DNA from: an uncultured Clostridia bacterium
GTDB lineage: Bacteria; Bacillota; Clostridia; Christensenellales; UBA1242
DNA length: 64,000 bases
Direction of reading: 5' to 3'
Assembly: GCA_944383295.1 (NCBI GenBank)
Contig: CALWOW010000039.1
Coordinates: 10,015 to 74,014, forward strand
Under the pieces are notes generated by a model, which searched no databases, was not told the DNA's origin, and saw only the letters and a program-made list of their open reading frames with translations. Positions 46,205 through 55,732 of this stretch are shown one piece after another. Numbering within the stretch: the stretch's first letter is position 1; every line of letters begins with the position of its first letter. A program made the translations under genes and the position numbers.

Positions 46205-46936
46205 CTATTCATCTCGTAAATTTACATTGTGATATACATTTTGCACATCATCATTTTCTTCCAAATTGTCGAGCATTTTTATAAATGATGCATATTTATC
46301 ATCAGGTAAATCCATTGTTTGTTGTGGAATCATTTCTAATTCAGCAGATACTACTTCGAGTCCTGATGCAATTACTTGGTCACGAATTGTTGCAAGTTTT
46401 GTTGCTTCGCCCACAAATGTATAACCTTGCTCGTTGAAATCAAAGTCATCAGCTCCAGCTTCCATTGCGACCATCATCACATCATCTTCTGTCATTCCTG
46501 CTTTTGCCTTCGCTGCAATAACGGCCTTGCGGTCAAACAAAAATGCCACGCTACCAGGCCCACCTAACGCACCACCTGCTCTATCAAATATATGTCTTAC
46601 ATCACTTGAAGCACGGTTTTTGTTGTCTGTGAGGATATCACAAATTACCGCACTACCGCCAGGGCCATAACCTTCATAAACGATTGATTCATAGTTTACA
46701 GCGCTACCCTCTCCGCTTGCCTTTTTGATACTTCTCTGTATGTTATCATTTGGCATATTGTTACTACGTGCTTTTGCTATAACTGTTGCAAGTTTTGGAT
46801 TGTTTGCAGGGTCTGGACCGCCTGCTTTAACTGCAATAGCGATTTCCTTACCTATTTTAGTAAATATTTTACCACGTGCTTGGTCGGTTTTTTCCTTATC
46901 ACGTTTAATTGTTGACCATTTACTATGACCTGACAT
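46205..46936 (-). CDS. yebC: YebC/PmpR family DNA-binding transcriptional regulator
   Basis: MSGHSKWSTIKRDKEKTDQARGKIFTK is the invariant YebC N-terminus. Confidence 0.93.
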   Translation of the reverse strand: MSGHSKWSTIKRDKEKTDQARGKIFTKIGKEIAIAVKAGGPDPANNPKLATVIAKARSNNMPNDNIQRSIKKASGEGSAVNYESIVYEGYGPGGSAVICDILTDNKNRASSDVRHIFDRAGGALGGPGSVAFLFDRKAVIAAKAKAGMTEDDVMMVAMEAGADDFDFNEQGYTFVGEATKLATIRDQVIASGLEVVSAELEMIPQQTMDLPDDKYASFIKMLDNLEENDDVQNVYHNVNLRDE

Positions 46937-46947
46937 AATACTCTCCT

Positions 46948-47688
46948 TTAAACTAATTTACTCATAATTATTGCACCTGCAATCGCAACATTTAACGATT
47001 CAACATTATTGTGCATTTTAATAGAAATTGTTTTTGAAGACAAATTAGATATTTCTTTGGAAACACCATTTGCTTCATTTCCTAAAATAATACCAAAAAT
47101 TTTATTTGGTTTAGCAATGTTTTCAATATTAACCCCGTGCATATCTGCACAAAAAATATCAAATTTCTTTAAACTTTCCAAATTTTGTATATTGCACTCG
47201 TATAAATTAATATCTGCAATCGTTCCCATAGATGAACGTAAAACCTTATCATTAGACCAATCAACACAATTATACAAATAGATATCCTTAAAATCAAACG
47301 CTAAAGCGGTGCGTATAATTGTTCCTAGATTACCCGGGTCTGACACCCTATCGAGTACCAAAAAATTTGATGACGGCAACGCAAATTCACGTTTCCCCAA
47401 ATGCACAACACCTATTATATTTGATGAATTTACAGTTTGCGATAAAGTTTTTAAAACTTCTGCAGAACATTTTATTTGTGTACAATTTAACAAATCTGCA
47501 AATGCTGGCTTCTTTTCATAAAGTATATATTTGAAATTAACATTTCTTTTGATTAAATCACAAATAAAGCGCTCACCTTCAGCCAACATTAATCCGAATT
47601 GATTGCGATATTTTTTTAAAGTCAATTTTGCTAAATCTTTAATTAAAGCATTATTTTTGCTGGTAATTTCTTTTTCCATAATCACCAA
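46948..47688 (-). CDS. TrmH/SpoU family RNA 2'-O-methyltransferase
   Basis: SPOUT C-terminal motifs (LVLDRVSDPGNLGTIIRTA, ILGNEANGVS, SLNVAIAGAIIM). The start is ambiguous between the GTG at 47688 and the ATG at 47679. Confidence 0.85.
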   Translation of the reverse strand: MVIMEKEITSKNNALIKDLAKLTLKKYRNQFGLMLAEGERFICDLIKRNVNFKYILYEKKPAFADLLNCTQIKCSAEVLKTLSQTVNSSNIIGVVHLGKREFALPSSNFLVLDRVSDPGNLGTIIRTALAFDFKDIYLYNCVDWSNDKVLRSSMGTIADINLYECNIQNLESLKKFDIFCADMHGVNIENIAKPNKIFGIILGNEANGVSKEISNLSSKTISIKMHNNVESLNVAIAGAIIMSKLV

Positions 47689-47690
47689 AA

Positions 47691-47719
47691 AATAGTTTTA
47701 CTAAAAAAGCAAAACTATT
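47691..47719 (-). terminator. A/U-rich hairpin after rplT (partial terminator)
   Basis: AAUAGUUUU / AAAACUAUU arms (9 bp) followed by UUUUU running into the downstream RBS. Confidence 0.4.
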
Positions 47720-47731
47720 TCCCTTTTTATA

Positions 47732-48088
47732 TTACTTTGCTACTGCTTTCTTTGCTGTTTCAACAAGGTTTGTAAATGCTGTTGCATCATTTACAGCCAT
47801 ATCAGCTAACACCTTACGGTTTAAGTCAATATTAGCAACCTTTAATCCGTGCATAAACGCACTGTAATTTATTCCGTTTTGTCGACAACCGGCATTAATA
47901 CGAGCAATCCACAAAGTACGCATATCACGTTTCTTTAAGCGACGACCAACGTATGCATAATTACCTGAATGCATAACTTGTTCTTTTGCTGCCTTAAATT
48001 GCTTTGACTTCGCACCAAAGTAACCTTTGGCTTTCTTTAAAGTCTTGTTTCTTTTCTTTATTGCGTGTAAGCCATTTTTTATTCTCAT
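47732..48088 (-). CDS. rplT: 50S ribosomal protein L20
   Basis: [49 protein letters not shown]. Confidence 0.97.
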   Translation of the reverse strand: MRIKNGLHAIKKRNKTLKKAKGYFGAKSKQFKAAKEQVMHSGNYAYVGRRLKKRDMRTLWIARINAGCRQNGINYSAFMHGLKVANIDLNRKVLADMAVNDATAFTNLVETAKKAVAK

Positions 48089-48102
48089 AGTTCATTTCCT
48101 CC

Positions 48103-48297
48103 TTAAACCTGAATGGCCCTTGCGATTTTGGCTTGGTCAGCTTTTGCAACTGTGTCGCCAGCACGCAAATGTCTTTTTCTTTTTGTTGATTTCTTTGTCA
48201 AAATGTGGCTTCTGTATTGGCAACCACGTTTAATAACGCCATTTTTGTTCATTCTAAAACGCTTTTTAGCTGAACTTTTTGTTTTCATTTTAGGCAT
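48103..48297 (-). CDS. rpmI: 50S ribosomal protein L35
   Basis: [24 protein letters not shown]...; lies between infC and rplT. Confidence 0.97.
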   Translation of the reverse strand: MPKMKTKSSAKKRFRMNKNGVIKRGCQYRSHILTKKSTKRKRHLRAGDTVAKADQAKIARAIQV

Positions 48298-48315
48298 AAG
48301 TATTCTCTCCTTAAT

Positions 48316-48831
48316 TTATTTTGAATCTTTTGGGGCAAGTATCATTGTAATAATCGAACCTGACAAAGTAGGTTTTTGATCCATAACGCAGTGTTCTTGC
48401 AACATTTCGTAAAATTTGTTCATATTGTCTATTCCAAAATGAGCAAAATTTGCCATACGACCACGAACACCTTTTATAATTACACGTACCTTATCACCAT
48501 TTTGCAAAAATTTTGCAACTTGATTTGCTTTGTAGCGCATATCGTGTTCTTCAATACGCATTGACAATTCCATACCTTTTATGTCTGTGGCTTTTTGTTT
48601 CTTTTTTGCCTCTTTATCACGCTTTTGCGCAATAAATTTGTACTTTCCATAATCCATAATACGACAAACAGGTGGAGTTGCGTTTGGATTGATTGCGACT
48701 AAATCATAACCTAAATCGTATGCTTGTGTAAGTGCTGAATGTATATCAACAATACCTAATTGCTCACCTTCCACACCTAACAAACGAACTTCTTTAGCAT
48801 TGATTTGTTCATTAATCGATAATTCTTTAAT
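48316..48831 (-). CDS. infC: Translation initiation factor IF-3, ATT start codon
   Basis: Homology (INEQINAKEVRLLGVEGEQLGIV) extends upstream of the tracked TTG at 48783. The in-frame ATT at 48831..48829 lies 8 nt after AGGAGG. This is the classic non-canonical infC start. Confidence 0.9.
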   Translation of the reverse strand: MKELSINEQINAKEVRLLGVEGEQLGIVDIHSALTQAYDLGYDLVAINPNATPPVCRIMDYGKYKFIAQKRDKEAKKKQKATDIKGMELSMRIEEHDMRYKANQVAKFLQNGDKVRVIIKGVRGRMANFAHFGIDNMNKFYEMLQEHCVMDQKPTLSGSIITMILAPKDSK

Positions 48832-48974
48832 GGTCTTATCCTCCTAAAAATTAATTGCACAAAGAAAGAAGTGGATAGACCTACTACCCACTTCAATATC
48901 AAAAATTAAGATATTTTTTAACCAATCTAGGAATCCCGACTGGTGAGAAGTGAGTGCTTCTTCTTTGTAACATG
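48832..48974 (-). promoter_or_regulatory. Candidate L20-type ribosomal-protein leader / attenuator of infC-rpmI-rplT
   Basis: Leader of ~140 nt. The 5' ACAAAGAAGAAG can pair with the 3' CUUCUUUCUUUGU. Hairpin GAAGUGG-(13 nt)-CCACUUC (48894..48868) is followed by UUUCUUUGUG. Confidence 0.5.
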
Positions 48975-48980
48975 TCATTT

Positions 48981-49009
48981 ATTTTATCAAATTAGTTTTA
49001 AAAAGTCAA
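48981..49009 (-). promoter_or_regulatory. Sigma-A promoter of the infC leader
   Basis: TTGACT (49009..49004), a 17-nt spacer, then TAAAAT (48986..48981). Confidence 0.65.
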
Positions 49010-49165
49010 GTACTTTATTAAATTAAAATTAATCTAATTGCTTAAAAAAAGATATTTAAAATCAATTAATATATATTTATAAAAGCTTTTTTGTTTTAGT
49101 TCTTAAATAAATTGAAAATTAAAAAGCATTTTTTAATTTCTAAATACGCACATTTTTATAGTTAC

Positions 49166-50221
49166 TTATAATTCAATCGTTGGAAGTGCTGAAATGTTTA
49201 AATCAGCAGGTTCTTCCTTTAATAATTGATAATATGCAACGGAACCTATCATTGCGGCATTATCAGTACAAAATTCTATTGGCGGGAAATACAATTTAAT
49301 ACCTAGTTCCTTACATTTTTCTGTTAAAGAACTACGCAAATATGAATTTGCAGCAACTCCCCCTGCTAATACAAGCTTGTCTTGTTTATATTCTTTGCAC
49401 GCACGCAAAACTTTTTGCGTCAACATATCAACCGCCTCGTGCTGAAAAGAAGCACAGATTTGTGGCACATCTAATTCTTCACCATTTTGTAATAATTTGT
49501 GTACATAATTTATAACTGCAGTTTTAAGTCCACTATAACTCACATTATAACTCTTGCTTAATGTATCATTATGCACAAAATGAATTTTCGGCTCAACACC
49601 CTGTGACATTTTATCAACCTTGACACCACCCGGATATTCAAGCCCTAGTACCCTTGCGACTTTGTCGTATGCTTCACCAATCGCATCATCTTGTGTGGTA
49701 CCTATTAATTTAAAATGATTGTAATCATCAACATTCACAATTGCGGTATGCCCACCACTTGTTATAAGGCACATAAACGGAGGAGTTAATTCAGGGAACG
49801 CAATATAATTTGCAGCAATATGTCCCTTTATGTGATTTACCGCAATTAATGGCTTATCCAATGCATAACTCAACGCTTTTGCTGTTGTAAGACCAACGAG
49901 TAAAGCGCCTACAAGTCCCGCTCCTTGAGTTACCGCAATCGCATCAATTTCATCAAATGTAAGTTTAGCGCTAGTTAGTGCTTGCTCAACCAAAGGAATT
50001 ATGTTTAAGATATGATTTCGGCTTGCAACTTCTGGCACAACCCCACCAAAATGTCTGTGAATTTCAATTTGAGATGAAATAATATTGCTTAAAACTTTAC
50101 GCCCATTTACAACAACTGCAACACTTGTTTCGTCACAACTGCTTTCAATTGCTAAAATTCGCACAATTTCTTGCTTTCTTATTTTTTCGATTTTTTCTTT
50201 CATTCTTTCTAAATATGTCAT
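49166..50221 (-). CDS. tsaD: tRNA N6-adenosine threonylcarbamoyltransferase TsaD
   Basis: ILAIESSCDETSVAVV, HIKGHI, and GGVAAN motifs. The tracked start gives a ~20-aa N-terminal extension relative to typical TsaD, so the true start may be further downstream. Confidence 0.92.
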   Translation of the reverse strand: MTYLERMKEKIEKIRKQEIVRILAIESSCDETSVAVVVNGRKVLSNIISSQIEIHRHFGGVVPEVASRNHILNIIPLVEQALTSAKLTFDEIDAIAVTQGAGLVGALLVGLTTAKALSYALDKPLIAVNHIKGHIAANYIAFPELTPPFMCLITSGGHTAIVNVDDYNHFKLIGTTQDDAIGEAYDKVARVLGLEYPGGVKVDKMSQGVEPKIHFVHNDTLSKSYNVSYSGLKTAVINYVHKLLQNGEELDVPQICASFQHEAVDMLTQKVLRACKEYKQDKLVLAGGVAANSYLRSSLTEKCKELGIKLYFPPIEFCTDNAAMIGSVAYYQLLKEEPADLNISALPTIEL

Positions 50222-50230
50222 ATTTTTTCC

Positions 50231-50674
50231 CTAATCTTTTTCAAAAGTGTATCTTTGTATCTTATAACCTAAATTTTGATATAATTTTATAGCAGATTTA
50301 TTTTCGCTCGCTGCATAAAATTCAATAGGTAGTTTTTTGCTTCTAGCAAATTCTTCTGTCTCTTTCATCAATTTTGTCGCAATACCCTTTCCCCTACACT
50401 CTGGGCTTACATACAAAGCATCTATCCATAATACATCTCTATAAGTATCCTTAAATTTTGCTTCAAGGTAACCTATCAATTGATTGTCAACTACTGCACC
50501 TATCATATATTTATTTTTATCATTAATATCTTTTTCAAAATCTTGCGGTGTCATCTCTATAAATTTGGCATATATATCCGGTCTTAAGCTTTTGTGATAC
50601 TCATATAATTCTCTATCTAATTTTTTTATATCATTATAATCATTAACTGTTAATTTTCGAATTACAACATTCAT
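50231..50674 (-). CDS. rimI: GNAT acetyltransferase, RimI-like by position
   Basis: GNAT motif ECRGKGIATKLM. Sits immediately upstream of tsaD, as rimI does in Bacillus. I place the start at the ATG at 50674. Confidence 0.65.
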   Translation of the reverse strand: MNVVIRKLTVNDYNDIKKLDRELYEYHKSLRPDIYAKFIEMTPQDFEKDINDKNKYMIGAVVDNQLIGYLEAKFKDTYRDVLWIDALYVSPECRGKGIATKLMKETEEFARSKKLPIEFYAASENKSAIKLYQNLGYKIQRYTFEKD

Positions 50675-50691
50675 AATAAACCCCAAACTAT

Positions 50692-51783
50692 TTAACTTTT
50701 CTTTAGATACTCCAAAATAAAATCTTGCAAATCTCCATTCATTACCGCTTCTACATTGCTGGTTTCATAATCTGTGCGATGGTCTTTTACCATAGTGTAC
50801 GGACAAAAGACATAACTTCGTATTTGGCTACCCCACTCAATTTTCTTTAAACTGCCTTGCACTTGTTTTAGGTTTGCCTGATGTTCTTCTTCAGCCATTT
50901 GCGCTAATTTTGCTCGTAACACTTTTAAAGCCGATTCCTTATTTTGAATTTGACTACGCTCATTTTGACATTGCACAACAATTCCTGTAGGTATGTGTTT
51001 TATTCGAATTGCAGAATCTGTAGTATTTACGCCTTGTCCACCACAACCGCCACTGTGAAAAGTATCAATTTTTAAATCACTTTCCTTAATTTCAATTTCA
51101 TTGTCATTTTCAATTTGTGGCATTACTTCAACCGAAGCAAAACTTGTATGCCTTCTAGAATTACTATCAAACGGCGATATTCGTACCAATCTATGTACTC
51201 CCCTTTCCGCTTTTAAAAATCCATATACATTTTCGCCATCAATTTTAATTGTTGCACCTTTAATACCAGCGCCATCACCAACAGTATAATCTAAAGTCGT
51301 ACATTCAAAACCTTGCTTTTCAGCATAACGCATATACATACGTAACAACATTTCCGCCCAGTCTTGCGCTTCTGTACCACCAGCGCCCGATTGCACTGTT
51401 AAAATCGCCCCTAATCTATCATATTTACCACGAAGCAAAGCGGTCAGTCGCATTTCTTCTATTTTTGGTTTTAGTTCCAAAAGTTCCTTGCTTAATTCTT
51501 CCAAAATTTCTTTGTCATCTTCTTTGCATTCTTTTGCCAAATCACTAACCGCCGAAAAACTATTTTCTATTGCCTTTATTTGATTGATTTTTTTGTCCAA
51601 AGCGCTCAATTTTTTCCCAACTTTTTGTACATTATCCATATCATTGTAAAAGTCAGGTTGAGACTGCTTCCCAATTAACTGCGCTTTTTCTTCATTTAAC
51701 TTGTCAATGTCAAAAACCGCTCGAATAATTTCCAGCGATTTTTGAAAGTTTATTAAGTTTTCTTTAATTTCTTCTAAATTCAT
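50692..51783 (-). CDS. prfB: Peptide chain release factor 2, encoded in one frame
   Basis: SPF tripeptide (RISPFDSNSRRHTSF) and GGQ (SGGCGGQGVNTTDS). The N-terminal region is continuous (…IRAVFDIDKLNEEK…), with no internal TGA or +1 frameshift site. Confidence 0.93.
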   Translation of the reverse strand: MNLEEIKENLINFQKSLEIIRAVFDIDKLNEEKAQLIGKQSQPDFYNDMDNVQKVGKKLSALDKKINQIKAIENSFSAVSDLAKECKEDDKEILEELSKELLELKPKIEEMRLTALLRGKYDRLGAILTVQSGAGGTEAQDWAEMLLRMYMRYAEKQGFECTTLDYTVGDGAGIKGATIKIDGENVYGFLKAERGVHRLVRISPFDSNSRRHTSFASVEVMPQIENDNEIEIKESDLKIDTFHSGGCGGQGVNTTDSAIRIKHIPTGIVVQCQNERSQIQNKESALKVLRAKLAQMAEEEHQANLKQVQGSLKKIEWGSQIRSYVFCPYTMVKDHRTDYETSNVEAVMNGDLQDFILEYLKKS

Positions 51784-51834
51784 AATTTTACAACCATTGT
51801 TTTGTATTGATTAACTATCATAATTTGGTAAGGT

Positions 51835-52950
51835 TTACCTTTCAAGTTCTTTGTTATTTTGAAGCATATTAATTGCTTTTTGCATTACTTTATCAACACC
51901 ATTTCTATAATCTTCTATGTCATTTTCTACATAGATATCAGGTTTTAATTCACCATCTGGAATAATTTCATTTGTAAAATCAAAATACTTTTTACAAACT
52001 GTAAAGTTCCAATTATCTATAGAAATAAACTTGTTTTCTCCATAACTCTTAGATACTCCACCTGTTGGTTTACCTATCAAAGTAAAACCTAAATTTTTCA
52101 ATTCTTGAACTGCTATTCTACCCGAAGAAAAACAACCTTCATTTATCAATGCGCAACCTTTTATATTATTTGGAACTAAAATTTCATTGACTATTTTTGT
52201 AAAATATGCCGAGTTACCACCGGTATTATTTCTTAAATCAACAATTATCCTATCATTTTTATCTAGGGTTTTAGCAACATCGTTAAAAAAGTTTTCAAAT
52301 GAATAATTTGCATCATCCCAACATTTAAAATATTCCAATACTTTTGCATTTTGGACTGTTTTAATTGAATAATAATACTTAATCCAAGGGTAATTATTCC
52401 CCAAACAATCATAATTTTTTAAAGTTTTAGGCAAAATATAGTCTTTACCTTCGACCGTAATATTGACAAAATCATCAACTATATCTAGACCTAACATATT
52501 TAAATAATTTACATTAATAATGCAACTTAACGCCCTATAACCACTCCAAATCTCCGTTTCAGCTGGAATTATTTGCTTCATTTTGTTATAAATTTTTTGA
52601 ATCGATTTCCCATTTATAGCAGTAATTTCTTTATATTTCAAATCACTCAAAGAAGAATCAATTGTGGTTATATAAAACTTTTCACCACTTATTATAATAG
52701 ACATAGGTAACCAACCATGATTTGTAGGTACAGCCCAAGCGGTATGCCCATCTTTAAATAAAGCAAAAAGCCTACTCATCTCATAATTAATTTGGTTTAA
52801 ATCTAACTTTTCTATGATTAATGCAGTTTTATCTAACTCTTTATAAAATTCTTGCTTATCAATACTATGGAACAGATTGAGATGTTCTTTTTCTGCAACT
52901 TCAAATATTTTGTATAGAGTTTCTTTTTGCATTAAACAAGTTTTTTCCAT
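51835..52950 (-). CDS. S41-family peptidase-like protein, no signal peptide
   Basis: IIVDLRNNTGGNSAYF, LINEGCFSSGRIA, and LIGKPTGGVSKSYG resemble the S41 Ser/Lys region. The N-terminus is hydrophilic. Confidence 0.6.
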   Translation of the reverse strand: MEKTCLMQKETLYKIFEVAEKEHLNLFHSIDKQEFYKELDKTALIIEKLDLNQINYEMSRLFALFKDGHTAWAVPTNHGWLPMSIIISGEKFYITTIDSSLSDLKYKEITAINGKSIQKIYNKMKQIIPAETEIWSGYRALSCIINVNYLNMLGLDIVDDFVNITVEGKDYILPKTLKNYDCLGNNYPWIKYYYSIKTVQNAKVLEYFKCWDDANYSFENFFNDVAKTLDKNDRIIVDLRNNTGGNSAYFTKIVNEILVPNNIKGCALINEGCFSSGRIAVQELKNLGFTLIGKPTGGVSKSYGENKFISIDNWNFTVCKKYFDFTNEIIPDGELKPDIYVENDIEDYRNGVDKVMQKAINMLQNNKELER

Positions 52951-52968
52951 CCATACCCCCCTGAATTA

Positions 52969-55662
52969 TTATTCATTTTTTCCGCAACAATTTTTGTATT
53001 TTTTACCACTACCGCAAGGGCAAGGGTCGTTTCTTCCTACAGTTTTATCTGCGTGCACTGTTCCTTGTGGGCGTTCTGCTTTGCCACCACTACTAGCTAC
53101 AAAATCACCCTTTGGCCTTACAGGTTGTGGAACGGCCGGTCTTGCAATGATATTTAATAAAACTGTACTTGTAAACTCACGAATATTACTTATCATTTCA
53201 TCAAACATAGCAAAACCTTCACGCTTATAAGCAACTATTGGGTCTTGACGCCCTAATGATTGCACCACGATTTCGTGACTTAATGTGGTCATTGCGTCAA
53301 TATGCTCCATCCATGAATTGTCAACCTTGTCTAATAAAATCATTCTTTCGACTTGCTCAAAAGGTATGCCCAACGCCTCTATTTCTTGTTTCTTTGCTTC
53401 ATATCGTTTTAAAACGTCATCTAACACTATTTGATTTAACTCGTCTAATACAGTGTCTTCTAACATCTCAGGTGTAACAAAATTTGAACCTTTTGGATAC
53501 AATTTGTCTTCCAAAGAACGATTTATTTCATCAATGTCCCATTCGAAACTTGGTTTGTCAACATCGACACTTGCTGTTAAAGCGGCACTTACAACCTCTG
53601 GGAACATTTGTCTGATTTGTTCGTGAACATCTTCGCCATCTAAAATCTTATTGCGTTCACTGTAAATAATGTTTCTTTGTTTGTTAATTACATCATCAAA
53701 CTCTAACACATTTCTACGGCTAGCATAGTTACGAGCCTCTACTTTCTTTTGGGCGCGCTCAATTTGTTTTGATAACATCTTCATTTGGAAAGGAGTGTCT
53801 TCATCAATTTTAAAGAAGTTACTAATTGATTTTAATCTATCCCCACCAAAAATACGTACCAAATCATCTTCTAATGAAATATAGAATACACTGCGACCTG
53901 GGTCACCTTGACGACCAGAACGTCCACGCAACTGGTTATCAATACGGCGTGACTCGTGTCTTTCTGTACCTATAACTAACAAACCACCAACTTCAATAAC
54001 CTTTTTCTTTTCTTCATCAGTTTCTTTTTTATAGTGAGCAAGGAAATTTTCATAATTTTCTTTTGCTTCTAATACTTTTTCATCTTCACTAGGTAAAAAG
54101 CTTGTCGCTTGGTCAATGATATCTTGGTCATAACCTAATTTATATAACTGCGCTTTAGCCAAATATTCTGGGTTACCACCTAACAAAATGTCTGTACCAC
54201 GACCAGCCATATTAGTCGCAATTGTAACAGTTTTAAACCTACCTGCTTGCGCAACAATTTCTGCTTCTTGAGCGTGGTTTTTAGCGTTTAAGACCTTGTG
54301 AGGAATACCTTTTTCTTTAAGAAGTTTGCTTAAATGTTCGCTTCTATCAATAGTAACCGTACCCACCAAAACAGGTTGACCAATTTCGTACGCTTGTGAA
54401 ATTCGCTCTACAACAGCTTTTAACTTACCATTGATTGTGGTATAAATTACATCTGGTTCATCTATTCTAATCATAGGCAAGTTTGTAGGAATTGTTACGA
54501 TATCAAGACTGTAAATTTTGTTAAATTCAATTTCTTCTGTTTTCGCTGTACCTGTCATACCACTTAACTTGTGATACATTTTAAAGTAGTTTTGTAAAGT
54601 GATAGTCGCAACAGTAAGCAATTCATCTTTAACTTGTAAACCTTCTTTCGCTTCGATTGCTTGATGTAAACCGTTACTGTAACGCCTACCTTCCATAATA
54701 CGACCTGTAAACTGGTCAACAATCAAAACTTTACCATCACGAACGATATAATCGCTTTCTGCTTTCATAATAAAGTTAGCACGCAAAGCATTTAAAATAT
54801 GTTGGTTAAGTTCAACATTTCCTGCATCACTCAAACTTTCTACGTTAAAATATTTTTCCGCCTTGTCTGTACCTTGTTCAGTCAAGTGTACTGCTTTCTT
54901 TTCCTCATCAATTACATAATCCTCATCACGTTTTAAATTACGGATAAATCTTTGGGCCTTGATGTAGGCATCACTTGATTTAAAACCTCTACCACTGATA
55001 ATCAAAGGGTTTCTTGCTTCATCAATTAAAATGCTATCAACCTCATCGACAATAGCAAAATTGTAGCCACGACCCATTCTATCTTTTTTATTACGTACTA
55101 GATTATCACGCAAATAGTCAAATGCAAGTTCGTTGTTTGTACTATAAGTAATATCACAAGCATATGCTTTACGTTTTTGGTCTGCTGTCATATTGCTAAA
55201 GCTACAGCCGACTGTTAATCCTAAAAAGCGATAAACTTTACCCATTATTTCAGCGCCTAAACCCGCCAAATACTCGTTTACGGTTACAACATGCACACCC
55301 TTACCAGTCAAAGCGTTTAAATAAGCAGGTAAAGTAGCAACAATAGTTTTACCTTCACCTGTCATCATTTCGGCAATACGACCTTGATGCAACACAATAC
55401 CACCCATTAATTGATAATGGAAATGGCGCATATTCAAAACTCTTGTACTTGCTTCACGCACTAACGCATAAGCATCATACAAAATATCATCGAGTGTTTC
55501 ACCATTTGCTAATCTTTCCTTTAATACAGGTGTTTGCGCTCTTAAAGTATCATTATCCATTTCTGCATATTTTGGTGCTAAATCTTCAATCTTGTGCACC
55601 ATTTTTTCTAATTTTGCCAAATTGCGTTTGTTGTCTGACGCAAACATTGTAAAAATTCCCAT
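52969..55662 (-). CDS. secA: Preprotein translocase ATPase SecA
   Basis: 897 aa with MMTGEGKTIVATLPAYLNAL, DEVDSILIDEARNPLIISG, and a C-terminal zinc motif CPCGSGKKYKNCCG. AGGAG lies 9 nt upstream. Confidence 0.97.
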   Translation of the reverse strand: MGIFTMFASDNKRNLAKLEKMVHKIEDLAPKYAEMDNDTLRAQTPVLKERLANGETLDDILYDAYALVREASTRVLNMRHFHYQLMGGIVLHQGRIAEMMTGEGKTIVATLPAYLNALTGKGVHVVTVNEYLAGLGAEIMGKVYRFLGLTVGCSFSNMTADQKRKAYACDITYSTNNELAFDYLRDNLVRNKKDRMGRGYNFAIVDEVDSILIDEARNPLIISGRGFKSSDAYIKAQRFIRNLKRDEDYVIDEEKKAVHLTEQGTDKAEKYFNVESLSDAGNVELNQHILNALRANFIMKAESDYIVRDGKVLIVDQFTGRIMEGRRYSNGLHQAIEAKEGLQVKDELLTVATITLQNYFKMYHKLSGMTGTAKTEEIEFNKIYSLDIVTIPTNLPMIRIDEPDVIYTTINGKLKAVVERISQAYEIGQPVLVGTVTIDRSEHLSKLLKEKGIPHKVLNAKNHAQEAEIVAQAGRFKTVTIATNMAGRGTDILLGGNPEYLAKAQLYKLGYDQDIIDQATSFLPSEDEKVLEAKENYENFLAHYKKETDEEKKKVIEVGGLLVIGTERHESRRIDNQLRGRSGRQGDPGRSVFYISLEDDLVRIFGGDRLKSISNFFKIDEDTPFQMKMLSKQIERAQKKVEARNYASRRNVLEFDDVINKQRNIIYSERNKILDGEDVHEQIRQMFPEVVSAALTASVDVDKPSFEWDIDEINRSLEDKLYPKGSNFVTPEMLEDTVLDELNQIVLDDVLKRYEAKKQEIEALGIPFEQVERMILLDKVDNSWMEHIDAMTTLSHEIVVQSLGRQDPIVAYKREGFAMFDEMISNIREFTSTVLLNIIARPAVPQPVRPKGDFVASSGGKAERPQGTVHADKTVGRNDPCPCGSGKKYKNCCGKNE

Positions 55663-55732
55663 AAATTTGAAACTCCTATAAGTAGAATAATTGAAAACAT
55701 TATATACTAAAACTTAATTTTTGAAAAGTCAT

